Shown here: piece after piece, positions 9,814 through 19,220 of the stretch | Numbering within the stretch: the stretch's first letter is position 1 | How the letters are laid out: every line of letters starts with the position of its first letter | Assembly: GCA_041649175.1 (NCBI GenBank) | Contig: JBAZNR010000003.1 | Location: 79,449-143,448 of the forward strand | Origin: Candidatus Omnitrophota bacterium | Lineage (GTDB): Bacteria; Omnitrophota; Gorgyraeia; Zapsychrales; JBAZNR01 | Direction of reading: 5' to 3' | DNA length: 64,000 nt | Position numbers and translations under genes: made by a program | Notes under the pieces: model-generated | Databases searched by the model: none | Seen by the model: the letters and a program-made list of their open reading frames with translations, nothing else | Told to the model about the DNA's origin: nothing

Positions 9814-10503
9814 ATGAAATTTAGGATTTATATTATCGGTGTCATTGTGAATCTTTCCTTGATCAGTCTCATTGCTGGTTGTGTCAGCACGGCGGATTAT
9901 AAGATCGACCAGCCTTCCGCATCAAAGATCTCAAAACAGGGAATTTACCATAAGGTTAGACCTGGCGAAACGCTTTGGCGCATCGCTAAACTCTACGGCG
10001 TTGATGTTGATGATATCATTCAAAGTAACCGTATTCCGAATGTCGCCCATATTGAAAAAGACCAGCTTATTTTTATTCCCGGCGCGGAAAACGAAAAAAA
10101 GACCACAACGGATGCAAGCGGTCCGAATACCGCAAGCGATACTGAATTTCTTTGGCCGCTAAAGGGTAAAGTTATTTCTTATTTTGGTGATGCTAAAGGC
10201 GCTGAGATCAATAGCGGTATTGATATCCAGTTTGAAGGCGAAGGAATTGTTTGCGCGGCTCGCGGCGGAGAAGTTGTTTTTGCCGATTTTTTAACAGGTT
10301 ATGCGCAGACCATTATTTTAGACCACGGGGACGGCTTTTTTACTGTCTACGGAAAAAATACACGTCTTTCGGCGAGAGTTGGCGACCGTGTTGCTCGGGG
10401 TAGCGCCATTGCGTTGTTAGAGAAGAATGATCCGTCATCATTTTTGCATTTTGAAGTCCGAAAGGGCGGTCAATCTAAAAATCCGCTTTATTATTTGCCA
10501 TAA
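9814..10503 (+). CDS. LysM + M23-family peptidase lipoprotein (NlpD-like)
   Basis: Signal peptide with lipobox LIAGC, LysM motif (YHKVRPGETLWRIAKLYGVDVDDII), and C-terminal M23 domain (GIDI...G..V.A...G.V...). Confidence 0.8.
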   Translation: MKFRIYIIGVIVNLSLISLIAGCVSTADYKIDQPSASKISKQGIYHKVRPGETLWRIAKLYGVDVDDIIQSNRIPNVAHIEKDQLIFIPGAENEKKTTTDASGPNTASDTEFLWPLKGKVISYFGDAKGAEINSGIDIQFEGEGIVCAARGGEVVFADFLTGYAQTIILDHGDGFFTVYGKNTRLSARVGDRVARGSAIALLEKNDPSSFLHFEVRKGGQSKNPLYYLP

Positions 10504-10504
10504 T

Positions 10505-12139
10505 ATGAACACATTTGAAATTGAAAATAGTTTCTTTGGACGAAAATCGGTTCTAGAGCTTCTTAAAAGGCGTGTGATCGACCTTAAAGAAGGCTATCGG
10601 CAAAACGTTGCTTTCTTGGGGAACCGTTATGTGGGCAAAAGTTCTATTCTGCGAAGATTTATCCATGATTTAGACGATAAAGATATTATCGAGATCTATC
10701 TCGATCTTGATAACAGCGAATCTGATTATGTGTTCACGAAATTCTCGGCAAGCCTGTTGTATAATTTTTCCCGTTGTAAAGGCCTTCCGTTGCACGACGA
10801 TCTTGACCTCTTGATCGAGTCAACCAAGAAATTTATTCCACAGACGATCGAATCGATCAAAAAGATCCAAGCAAATTTCTTAAAGGGTAAAATAGCGGAA
10901 GCGTACCGTGACCTTATTTCTTTGCCGGAAGTCTTTACTCTCGAGGCGGGGAAATTCTGCATTTTGATGATCGATGAATTCCATAATTTGGAAGACCTTA
11001 CCATTCCAAACGCTTTTCAAGAGCTTGGTAAAAAGATCATGACGCAAAAGCGCTGCCTTTATATCGTGGCAAGCTCGCAAGAAGCGCTCGCTAAAAAGAT
11101 CTTAACGGAAAAGCTCTCTCTTTTGTTCGGTAACTTTGAAGTTGTGAACGTCGAACCGTTTGATCTGAAGACCAGCCAGGAATTTATTCAGTCGCATTTA
11201 GGGCCGATCAAGATCGGAGCGAATTTAAAGAACTTTTTAGTGGATTTTACCGGAGGCCATCCGTTTTATTTAAGTTATATTTGCCAGGAGTTAACGGCTC
11301 TTAGCGCACTTCATCGTCAGGAAGAAATTTATTTGCCTATTCTGATCCAGGCCATTGAAAATACCATTTTTAATCCTTGGGGTGTTTTAGGGCGCCACTT
11401 TGAATTATTAGTGACACAACTTTGCAGTAAAAACAATCGGATGATCGCACCCGTCCTTTTCGCGCTTGCGGGAGGAAAACACAAGTTGGAAGACATCATC
11501 AAGGACTTGGAAATCAAAAAGCCTTTGGCGCTGCAAAAAATTAACCGATTAGTTGAGCAGGGCATTGTTATCCGTAACGGGAATTTCTATTATCTTCAAG
11601 ACAAGCTTTTTAGATATTGGATCAAATATGTTTATCAAAAGCGTCTTAAGGCGGTCGACGGGACAATAGACCGGCAGAAGCGCTTGTTCCATGAAGAATT
11701 TGAGCGCTTGGTTAATGATTTTCGAAATGTTTCGCAAAAAGATCTGCCGTCGCGCGTTGTGGAATTGCTGCATTGTTTTGATAATGAGGCATTCCAAATC
11801 AACGGCCGAAAATATAAACTGCCTCTTTTTGAAAAGATCGTGGCTGTTCCGCTTAAAGGCCTCGAAAATAAAAATTTTCAGATGATCAAGGCTTCCAGCG
11901 GCGAGGGCGCTTGGTACATTGTCCTCAAAGAGGCTACTTTACAGGAAATGGACGTGAATACTTTTCTCGCGGAATCAGCAAACTTAAGCGAAAAGCCTCA
12001 GCGGCGCTTGATCATTTCGCTTAATGAGCTTGATGATAATGCGCGGCTTAAGGCGCTTCAGGAAAAGATGTGGATCTGGAGCGAAAGTGAATTAAATACG
12101 TTACTTAATTTTTACGATAAACCTTATATTGTCCGATGA
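10505..12139 (+). CDS. AAA ATPase of the archaeal-type ATPase family with a C-terminal DUF234-like domain
   Basis: Walker A GNRYVGKSS and Walker B ILMIDEFHNL. The overall FGR..EL..L...GY....V.G.RRxGKS layout matches PF01637-like ATPases, with a long C-terminal extension. ATG 10505 follows the M23 stop directly. Confidence 0.55.
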   Translation: MNTFEIENSFFGRKSVLELLKRRVIDLKEGYRQNVAFLGNRYVGKSSILRRFIHDLDDKDIIEIYLDLDNSESDYVFTKFSASLLYNFSRCKGLPLHDDLDLLIESTKKFIPQTIESIKKIQANFLKGKIAEAYRDLISLPEVFTLEAGKFCILMIDEFHNLEDLTIPNAFQELGKKIMTQKRCLYIVASSQEALAKKILTEKLSLLFGNFEVVNVEPFDLKTSQEFIQSHLGPIKIGANLKNFLVDFTGGHPFYLSYICQELTALSALHRQEEIYLPILIQAIENTIFNPWGVLGRHFELLVTQLCSKNNRMIAPVLFALAGGKHKLEDIIKDLEIKKPLALQKINRLVEQGIVIRNGNFYYLQDKLFRYWIKYVYQKRLKAVDGTIDRQKRLFHEEFERLVNDFRNVSQKDLPSRVVELLHCFDNEAFQINGRKYKLPLFEKIVAVPLKGLENKNFQMIKASSGEGAWYIVLKEATLQEMDVNTFLAESANLSEKPQRRLIISLNELDDNARLKALQEKMWIWSESELNTLLNFYDKPYIVR

Positions 12140-12627
12140 AAATAGGCATTATTTCCGATACGCATTCTAAACCGATCCCAAAACAGCCATTGGAGGACTT
12201 TAAAAAAGTCGATTTTATTATCCATGCGGGAGATTTTTGTTCGGTTGATGTCATTGAACAATTAAAAAGCATTAAGGAATTAAAAGGCGTTTACGGAAAT
12301 ATGGACGGCGCTGATATCAGAAAGATCTTTCCGCGCAGCCAGATCATCAAATGCGGAAAGTTTTCTATCGGGCTTTTTCACGGGGAAGGGGCTCCGGCAG
12401 GTTTATTGGATGTCGTCAAAGAAGAATTCAAAAATAAGAAAGTTGATGTGGTTATTTTTGGCCATTCGCATCGCTCGATGAATGAAAGAATCGGCGACGT
12501 TTTATATTTTAATCCGGGAAGCCCCAATGACCATGTTTTTGCTCCGTGTTGTTCTTACGGCATTTTGGATATTGATGAGGAGATCACCGGGAAGATCATA
12601 AAAATAAAGGATGCTGCGCATGGATAA
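12136..12627 (+). CDS. metallophosphoesterase, YfcE/MJ0936 family
   Basis: IISDTHS, IHAGDF, GNMDG and FGHSH metal-binding motifs. 163 aa. The ATG overlaps the upstream stop (ATGA). Confidence 0.75.
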   Translation: MKIGIISDTHSKPIPKQPLEDFKKVDFIIHAGDFCSVDVIEQLKSIKELKGVYGNMDGADIRKIFPRSQIIKCGKFSIGLFHGEGAPAGLLDVVKEEFKNKKVDVVIFGHSHRSMNERIGDVLYFNPGSPNDHVFAPCCSYGILDIDEEITGKIIKIKDAAHG

Positions 12628-13111
12628 ACTTTGGGCGCCTTGGCGCCTCAAATATGTTTCAAGCCTAGCTAAGAAAACGAAGGGTTGTGTTTTCTGCCGG
12701 ATCCAGCGCAGCAAAGATGATAAGAAAAATTATGTATTTTTGCGGACGAAGCATTCGTTTAGCGTGCTAAATATTTATCCGTACAATAACGGCCATGTCC
12801 TGGTCATGCCGAACCGTCATGTCAATGATCTTTCAAAAATGACTTCTGCGGAAAAAGCAGACCTATTTCAGCTAATGGAAAAAACACAAAATGTTATTGC
12901 CTGCGCTCTTTCTCCCCGGGGATTTAATATCGGCATTAATGTTGGGCGCGCCGCTGGGGCAGGTTTTCCGGGGCATATTCATATTCATATTGTTCCCCGA
13001 TGGATGGGCGATATGAATTTCATGCCGATTACAGGAAACACAAAAGTTATTTCTCAGTCACTAGATATGCTTTATCAAGTTTTAAAAAAATGCGCACACG
13101 CCAAGAAATAG
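12611..13111 (+). CDS. HIT-family protein, Ap4A phosphorylase-like (Rv2613c-type)
   Basis: LWAPWRLKYV..., CVFC, VLNIYPYNNGHVLVMP, GFNIGINVGRAAGAGFPGHIHIHIVPRWMGDMNF: histidine-triad motif HIHIHIV and the LW.PWR..Y N-terminus typical of the Ap4A-phosphorylase HIT branch. The alternative start at 12620 is in the same frame. Confidence 0.7.
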   Translation: MLRMDKLWAPWRLKYVSSLAKKTKGCVFCRIQRSKDDKKNYVFLRTKHSFSVLNIYPYNNGHVLVMPNRHVNDLSKMTSAEKADLFQLMEKTQNVIACALSPRGFNIGINVGRAAGAGFPGHIHIHIVPRWMGDMNFMPITGNTKVISQSLDMLYQVLKKCAHAKK

Positions 13112-14262
13112 AAGCCTTAGAAGAAAAGAATCTCGCCTGTTTTGCGATGAAAAGCAAAGACTCTGCCGGGCGCGTTTATAAAGAGCCAGATCACCCTACC
13201 CGAACAGCTTATCAAAGAGACCGCGACCGAATAGTTCACTGCGAAGCATTTCGCAAGCTCGAATATAAAACTCAAGTATTTACTATTTTTGAAGGGGATT
13301 ATTACCGCACTCGTTTGACGCACACGATCGAAGTGGCGCAGATCGCGCGCACCATTGGGCGCAATTTATGCTTGAATGAAGATTTGATCGAAGCCATCGC
13401 TTTGGCGCATGACCTGGGCCATCCGCCGTTCGGCCACGCAGGAGAAAATACGTTAAACGATATTATGGAAAAAGCTAAGGCGGGGAGCTTCAATCATAAT
13501 TTACGCAGTTTTGAAATTGTGACGCGTTACGAAAGAAAATATCCTGATTTTATTGGGCTTAATTTAAGTGAAGAGGTTCGTGTCGGGATCCTAAAGCACG
13601 AAACCAACTATGATAAAAGCGAAGATATCGCGCATTTAAAGCATGTTGGTCCGGTCTTGGAGGCGAAGGTCGTTGATATTGCGGATGCCTTAGCTTATTT
13701 ATCGCACGATATTGATGATGGATTAACGTCCGGGTGCATTACGGCCGACGACTTAAAAGAAAGTACTCTATGGCAAAAGGCTTCAAAATTAGTTCCAGTA
13801 AACGTTGATAAAGAGATGTTCAAGTATCAGATTGTCCGGGCTCTCATCGACGTCCAGATGAAAGATCTCTTGACGCAGTCACAGAGCAATCTTGAAAAAT
13901 GCTCTTTTGCTTCATCCGGTGAAGTCAAAGAACATCATCTCAAGAATAAGCACACGCCGGTTATCGCATTTAGCGATCTTATGAAAGAGGAGCGCGACAA
14001 ACTTCAAAAGCTTTTGCACAAGAAGTTGTATGAGCATTATCGTGTTGTGCGAATGACCGATAAGGCGCGACGGATCATTGAGGATCTATTTCGTGTTTAC
14101 GAGAATAATCCCCAGCAACTTCCTTATTCGGTTTACAATAGAAGCGAAAACTATTCAGAGATGGAGAAGTATAAGATCATTTGTAATTATATCGCCGCAA
14201 TGACAGATAGGTTTGCTTTAGATGAGCACAAAAAACTCTTTGACCCATACGAAAAGGTATAA
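13090..14262 (+). CDS. dgt: dGTP triphosphohydrolase-like HD-domain protein
   Basis: AYQRDRDRIVHCEAFRKLEYKTQVF, RLTHTIEVAQIAR, AHDLGHPPFGHAGE and DIADALAYLSHDIDD motifs of the dGTPase family. ATG 13090 lies inside the end of the HIT gene, in the same frame as the longer track ORF. Confidence 0.8.
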   Translation: MRTRQEIEALEEKNLACFAMKSKDSAGRVYKEPDHPTRTAYQRDRDRIVHCEAFRKLEYKTQVFTIFEGDYYRTRLTHTIEVAQIARTIGRNLCLNEDLIEAIALAHDLGHPPFGHAGENTLNDIMEKAKAGSFNHNLRSFEIVTRYERKYPDFIGLNLSEEVRVGILKHETNYDKSEDIAHLKHVGPVLEAKVVDIADALAYLSHDIDDGLTSGCITADDLKESTLWQKASKLVPVNVDKEMFKYQIVRALIDVQMKDLLTQSQSNLEKCSFASSGEVKEHHLKNKHTPVIAFSDLMKEERDKLQKLLHKKLYEHYRVVRMTDKARRIIEDLFRVYENNPQQLPYSVYNRSENYSEMEKYKIICNYIAAMTDRFALDEHKKLFDPYEKV

Positions 14263-15292
14263 ACTCGTTTTATCGGCCGTGCATATGGTTTACCGGCTGG
14301 TTAATTCGACGTTTAATACAAAAGAACTTTTACTGCGCTTAACGCGGTTGGTTTGCCAGCTTATCCGTGCCGACGCGTCGTATATCTATATCCTTGATCC
14401 CATCAAAAGAAGGATCGTTTTGATCGCGGCGTTCAATAACCGCATCAATATGTGGATCGAAGAAAAAAGAGAGATCGAAAAAGTCCCTCAGGAAGAAAGT
14501 GCTGTTGCTCTCGGAGAAACGATCATCAAGAAGCGTTTGATCGGTTTGCCTTTAGTCGGTGAAGATAATATCGGCGCTATTTTTATCCGCCGCAATAATC
14601 GTCAGCCGGCATTTAATGATTTTGACAGGGAAATATTATCTGTGATCGCCGAACAGGCGGTTACGGCGATCAAGAATCTTCAGCTTTACGAAGGCCAACA
14701 AAAGATCATCTTGGGAAGCATTCAATCCATTGGAAAACTTTTGGAAAAACAAGGGCACGTCTCTTTGCAGCATATTCCGGGATATTCGTCCATTGTAAAA
14801 ATGTTAGCGCAAAAACTTAATATGCGTCACGCGGATATCCAGTGCCTGGAATACGCCGGCATGCTGCATGATGCGGGTTCCATGGATGTTCCGTTTGAAA
14901 TTCTTTCAAAACGCAGCCGGCTTACGGCCGAAGAATTTAAAGTTATCCGTAATCATCCCGCCCAAAGCGCGGAGCTCATCAAACCCGTCGAGTTTCTAAA
15001 GCCTGTTTTGCCGATCATTCTTTATCATCGGGAACAATACGACGGGACCGGATATCCTTCCGGGCTAAAAAGGGAACAGATCCCGCTGGGTGCTCGCGTG
15101 ATCGCCGTTGTTGATGCTTTTGAGGCGATGATCTGCGGGCGTCCTTATAAAAAAAGGCTGTCGTTGGAAAGCGCCTTGTCCGAATTAAAGAAAAACAGCG
15201 GAACGCAGTTCGACCCCAGAGTTGTTGAAGCCTTCCACGAACTTTCTAAGCAAAAAAAGTTTAGAAAGTACTTGAGTTTGATCCGGAAATAA
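14222..15292 (+). CDS. GAF + HD-GYP domain protein (probable c-di-GMP phosphodiesterase)
   Basis: N-terminal GAF-like region, then an HD-GYP signature: HDAGS ... ILYHREQYDGTGYPSGLK. The alternative start at ATG 14285 would shorten the N-terminus. Confidence 0.7.
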   Translation: MSTKNSLTHTKRYKLVLSAVHMVYRLVNSTFNTKELLLRLTRLVCQLIRADASYIYILDPIKRRIVLIAAFNNRINMWIEEKREIEKVPQEESAVALGETIIKKRLIGLPLVGEDNIGAIFIRRNNRQPAFNDFDREILSVIAEQAVTAIKNLQLYEGQQKIILGSIQSIGKLLEKQGHVSLQHIPGYSSIVKMLAQKLNMRHADIQCLEYAGMLHDAGSMDVPFEILSKRSRLTAEEFKVIRNHPAQSAELIKPVEFLKPVLPIILYHREQYDGTGYPSGLKREQIPLGARVIAVVDAFEAMICGRPYKKRLSLESALSELKKNSGTQFDPRVVEAFHELSKQKKFRKYLSLIRK

Positions 15293-15307
15293 ATTAATAA
15301 TAGACAT

Positions 15308-15970
15308 ATGAATATTAATTATAAGCAATCGCAATTCGAACTATTTCCGGCTTCTGCGGGACATACGGAAAAAGAAGAAAAACCTAGATACTTTTTTTCC
15401 AGCCTTACGCTTTCTTTAGAAAATGTTGCGGTCGTAGGTATTTTTGTTCTTTTAAGCGTTATTGTTTCGTTTTCTTTTGGTGTTGAAAGAGGCAAAAGAA
15501 TTGCGGTGGCAACGCCTAAAAGTATAAAAGAAATTCCCGCTCCAACACCGGCTGTTAATTCAAAAAATGTATTTTCTCCCAGTGACAATAAAGTCATAAC
15601 GATGAATACCAAAGCGGTGACGACAAAACAATTAGTTGTCAATAAAACGGCATTGCCGATCGTTGCCGCCCAGAACAAAAATCAACAAATTGCAAAATTG
15701 TTACCGGCTGTTAATTCTCCGGCTGTTGCGCGTCAAGACATTAAACTTTCCTCGGGCGCTTATACCATCCAAGTGGCTTCGTATAAAAAGATCGAGGTTG
15801 CCCGCAGAGAAGCCGGACGCCTTACAGGCAAGGGGCATGATATTTTTGTGCTTCCCAAGGGAAATTATGCTATCATTTGTGTCGGAAAGTTTTCCAATGA
15901 AGGCCAGGCAAAAGCATTGCTGAGCAAATTAAGACAAACATACAAAGACTGTTTAGTAAGGAGATTGTAA
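15308..15970 (+). CDS. SPOR-domain membrane protein (cell-division/peptidoglycan-binding)
   Basis: TM segment near the N-terminus, a low-complexity linker, and a C-terminal SPOR-like fold (YTIQVASYKKIEVARREAGRLTGKGHDIFVLPKGNYAIICVGKFSNEGQAKALLSKL). Confidence 0.65.
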   Translation: MNINYKQSQFELFPASAGHTEKEEKPRYFFSSLTLSLENVAVVGIFVLLSVIVSFSFGVERGKRIAVATPKSIKEIPAPTPAVNSKNVFSPSDNKVITMNTKAVTTKQLVVNKTALPIVAAQNKNQQIAKLLPAVNSPAVARQDIKLSSGAYTIQVASYKKIEVARREAGRLTGKGHDIFVLPKGNYAIICVGKFSNEGQAKALLSKLRQTYKDCLVRRL

Positions 15971-16248
15971 TGTCGATACACCCCTCTTTAAGAATTGATC
16001 CGGCGGCGGCCAAACAACGTTCTGTTTTGTCGCGCATTGAACGTATTAAAGACCTAATGAAAAAAGGGCTTTGGTCGGATAAACACGATGTGACCGGTTT
16101 ACCTAAAACACGAGTTACTCGCATTAAAGCTAAAAAAGCTGCCAAAGCCGCTGCCCCCGAAAGCGCAACGGCTGCCGCTCCCGGTTCAGCTGCTGCCGCA
16201 AAAACTGCAGCCGCTGCTTCAGCCGCGGATGCAAAAACCAAAAAATAA
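15970..16248 (+). CDS. small basic protein with Ala/Lys-rich tail (resembles the PVC-group small basic protein family)
   Basis: MSIHPSLRI...RSVLSRIERIKDLMKKGLW...GLPKTRV core followed by an AKKAAKAAAP...AAAAS histone-H1-like tail. AAGGAG RBS. The ATG overlaps the upstream stop (TAATG). Confidence 0.4.
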   Translation: MSIHPSLRIDPAAAKQRSVLSRIERIKDLMKKGLWSDKHDVTGLPKTRVTRIKAKKAAKAAAPESATAAAPGSAAAAKTAAAASAADAKTKK

Positions 16249-16251
16249 CGA

Positions 16252-17037
16252 ATGACCCTCAGAAGCGTCTGCTTGTTATTGGTGTTGTGTTTTCTGTGCG
16301 TCAACGCATGGGCAGAGCAGCAATTTCCTTTCCTTGGCACGATCACCGAAGATAATGTTAATGTGCGCTCCGGCCAGGATATCAGCTTTGAAAAGCTGGG
16401 ACAGCTAAAAAATGGCCAGGACGTTGTTGTGGTCGAGAAAAGTTACGATTGGTATAGAATAAAACTTCCGGACGGGTCTTTAGCGTATATAAGCGATAAA
16501 TTCGTGAGGACAACCATCGCGGACGTGGGTGTTGTTGCCGGAAATCATGTTAACGTCCGGGCAGGAGCCGGAGAAAAATTTAATGTGATCGGCCGCTTGG
16601 ATCGCGATACTAAAGTAAAAGTTCAAGCCAGGGAATCCGGCTGGTGCAAGATCGAACCAATGGAAGGCATTTATGGCTGGGTTTCTGCCAATTTTGTTGC
16701 TTTTAAATCTGCCGATATTCCTGCTCCTAAGGTCATCGCCGAGCCTCCTCGTAGTATTTATCCACGGCCAAAACCGGAATCAGAAAAACCCAAAGAGCCG
16801 GAATTATTTATTGCCGTCGGTCAGATCCAGGATCTGGGCCGGCATTTACCGGCAAAAGATCTTCGGTACAAGCTGACGGTCGATAATAAAACGGTTTATT
16901 ACTTGCGCGGCGCTAAAGAAGTTATCGATCCGTTCGTGAAAAGAAAAGTTAAACTGCAGGGAAATGTCACGCCGGATCCGACCCGTCAATTCACCTATCC
17001 GATCATCTCCGTTGTTAAGATTGAATTAGCTCCATGA
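16252..17037 (+). CDS. secreted protein with two bacterial SH3 (SH3b) domains
   Basis: Signal peptide (LLLVLCFLCVNAWA). Two repeats of the pattern VNVRSG...G.L..G..V.V......W.KI (positions about 35-95 and 100-160). Pro/Lys-rich linker and a C-terminal domain. Confidence 0.55.
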   Translation: MTLRSVCLLLVLCFLCVNAWAEQQFPFLGTITEDNVNVRSGQDISFEKLGQLKNGQDVVVVEKSYDWYRIKLPDGSLAYISDKFVRTTIADVGVVAGNHVNVRAGAGEKFNVIGRLDRDTKVKVQARESGWCKIEPMEGIYGWVSANFVAFKSADIPAPKVIAEPPRSIYPRPKPESEKPKEPELFIAVGQIQDLGRHLPAKDLRYKLTVDNKTVYYLRGAKEVIDPFVKRKVKLQGNVTPDPTRQFTYPIISVVKIELAP

Positions 17038-17642
17038 ATTGGTTTGATTTTATAAAGATCGCGGCTTTATTTCTTGCGGCAGTCATCTTTCATGAATATG
17101 CTCACGGATGGGTGGCCAACCGCTTGGGAGATCCGACCGCAAAACGGATGGGGCGCTTGACGTTAAATCCGATCAAACACATTGATCTTTATGGGACCAT
17201 CTTACTTCCGTTGATGCTTTTTTTGATCAATTCTCCGGTGATGTTTGGATGGGCTAAGCCTGTTCCGGTCAATTTCCTTGGCTTGCGAAATCCCAAAAAA
17301 GATATGGCTTTAGTGGGGATCGCTGGACCGGCGATCAATATTATTTTAGCTGTTCTCTTCAGCCAAATGTTAAGGCTTAACGTGTCGAATGAAGCAGAGA
17401 TGTTGATCCGTGTATTTGTCCAGATCAACTTAGTTTTAGCGATCTTCAACATGGTCCCTATTCCGCCGCTGGATGGGTCGAGGCTGGTGATGGGGTTTTT
17501 GCCAAATCGCTACGCCTATTTTTACAGCCGGCTTGAACCTTATGGGATTTTTATTGTTTTTGTGTTATTGTATTTAGGATTATTGGAAAGCCTTGTTTGG
17601 CCTTTGGTTAAAATGGGAACTTATATTTTAGGTGTATCATGA
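17034..17642 (+). CDS. site-2 protease family (M50) zinc metalloprotease
   Basis: HEYAHG zinc-binding motif in the first TM helix, multiple TM segments, 202 aa. Confidence 0.75.
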   Translation: MNWFDFIKIAALFLAAVIFHEYAHGWVANRLGDPTAKRMGRLTLNPIKHIDLYGTILLPLMLFLINSPVMFGWAKPVPVNFLGLRNPKKDMALVGIAGPAINIILAVLFSQMLRLNVSNEAEMLIRVFVQINLVLAIFNMVPIPPLDGSRLVMGFLPNRYAYFYSRLEPYGIFIVFVLLYLGLLESLVWPLVKMGTYILGVS

Positions 17643-18733
17643 CGCGATCGATCAAAGTTAATCTTAAGAATAATTCTTATAACATTATGGTTGGTTCCGG
17701 TATTCTTGCGAAAGCAGGGCAATACATTCGCTCTCTTTCCTTGGGGACCGACGCGGTTGTTATCACCAATGCTTACATAAAAAAACTTTATGGAAAACGT
17801 TTAGCGCAAAGTTTAGAAAAAAGCGGATTATCCGTTCAGATCTTTGAGGTTGCCGATACGGAAAAAAGCAAGTCTTTGAGCGTGGCATCCGCGCTTTTAG
17901 CGAAGATCGCAAAATACGATACCGGTAAAAAGATCTTTGTTGTTGCCTTTGGTGGCGGCGTTGTCGGTGATTTGGCCGGTTATGTAGCCGCTATTTATAA
18001 GCGAGGTGTTTCTTATGTTCAGGTTCCGACAACGTTTTTAGCGCAGATCGATTCCGCCATCGGCGGTAAAGTGGCGGTTGATCTGCCTTCAGGCAAGAAT
18101 TTAGTAGGAGCATTTCATCAGCCCAAATTGGTCTTAAGCGACGTTTTCTTGCTTAAAACTCTAAGCAAACGCCAGATCCGAAACGGGTTAGCTGAGGCGG
18201 TGAAATACGGGATAATCCGTGACGCTGCCTTATTTTTCTACATTGCTAGATGTTATAAACGATTGCTTAAGGCGGATACGTCTGCTTTAAATAGGCTTGT
18301 TGTCAGCTGCAGCAAGATCAAGGCGGATGTTGTATCTCGGGATGAAAAAGAAACAAAAGGAATTCGTACCATTCTTAACTTCGGCCATACGGTTGGCCAT
18401 GCGATCGAATCGGCTAGCCGCTATGAAGATTATCAACATGGGGAAGCTATTAGTTTAGGCATGCGGGTTGCGGCAGATATTTCGGTTTGTTTAAAAATGT
18501 TAAACGTCAAAGATGCAAAGCGTATTGATCAATTATTGTCTTTGATCGGATTGCCGCAGCGGATCAAGAATGTTTCTCTTTCCGGTATTTTAGAAAGGAT
18601 GCGCCGCGATAAAAAGAATAAATCGGGAAAGAATCGTTTTGTTTTGGCGCAGAAAATTGGTTCTGTAAAAGTTGTTCAGGGAATTCCCGAAGAAATTATC
18701 CGACAGGCAATCTTAAGCAGGATGTCGGTTTAA
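17639..18733 (+). CDS. aroB: 3-dehydroquinate synthase
   Basis: FGGGVVGDLAGYVAAIYKRGVSYVQVPTT, LNFGHTVGHAIE and the HGEAIS motif. 364 aa. A second shikimate-pathway gene alongside aroQ in this window. Confidence 0.85.
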   Translation: MTRSIKVNLKNNSYNIMVGSGILAKAGQYIRSLSLGTDAVVITNAYIKKLYGKRLAQSLEKSGLSVQIFEVADTEKSKSLSVASALLAKIAKYDTGKKIFVVAFGGGVVGDLAGYVAAIYKRGVSYVQVPTTFLAQIDSAIGGKVAVDLPSGKNLVGAFHQPKLVLSDVFLLKTLSKRQIRNGLAEAVKYGIIRDAALFFYIARCYKRLLKADTSALNRLVVSCSKIKADVVSRDEKETKGIRTILNFGHTVGHAIESASRYEDYQHGEAISLGMRVAADISVCLKMLNVKDAKRIDQLLSLIGLPQRIKNVSLSGILERMRRDKKNKSGKNRFVLAQKIGSVKVVQGIPEEIIRQAILSRMSV

Positions 18734-19218
18734 TTTTTCGTCGTCAACGTAATGATCTCGCCCTTGTCTAAGATCTCCACTTTATCGACCGAAATATTCA
18801 CCACGCGTTTTTCTCCGATATACTCACCGGCCTTATAGATCTGATTATTGATCAGCGCCATATGGCCGTCTTCCATGGTAATAATTCCGTTTAAAACAAG
18901 GGCTTCTGAGGAGGATGAAGGGGCTTCTGTGGCTGCGGGGGGCTGTGGTTGCGCGAACATGGTTACCGCGCCTTGCTTATTTGTTTCTTTAGGCTCTTCG
19001 GCTTGGGTTTCCTTGGTCGGTGTTTGGGCAGACCTAGATTTTGATGAAACTAAAATAAAAAATATTAAGCCACAGGACAAAAATCCAATTCCGACCAAAA
19101 CAGCAGTTCCCCAGATCCAGGGATTTTTTTCCGAAGGCTGTTGTGAAGGGGAGGCCTGCGGGATCTTTTGCGCGAGTTGGTCCTGTGTTTTTTTAAGAGC
19201 TTCGTTAATAATGCTCAT
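18730..19218 (-). CDS. GspB/ExeB-like type II secretion accessory protein
   Basis: Cytoplasmic N-terminus, one TM (WIWGTAVLVGIGFLSCGLIFFIL), a Ser/Pro-rich periplasmic linker, and a C-terminal ...LVLNGIITMEDGHMALINNQIYKAGEYIG... domain like GspB C-termini. Immediately downstream of an ExeA-like gene with a 3-nt gap. Confidence 0.45.
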   Translation of the reverse strand: MSIINEALKKTQDQLAQKIPQASPSQQPSEKNPWIWGTAVLVGIGFLSCGLIFFILVSSKSRSAQTPTKETQAEEPKETNKQGAVTMFAQPQPPAATEAPSSSSEALVLNGIITMEDGHMALINNQIYKAGEYIGEKRVVNISVDKVEILDKGEIITLTTKN

Positions 19219-19220
19219 TT

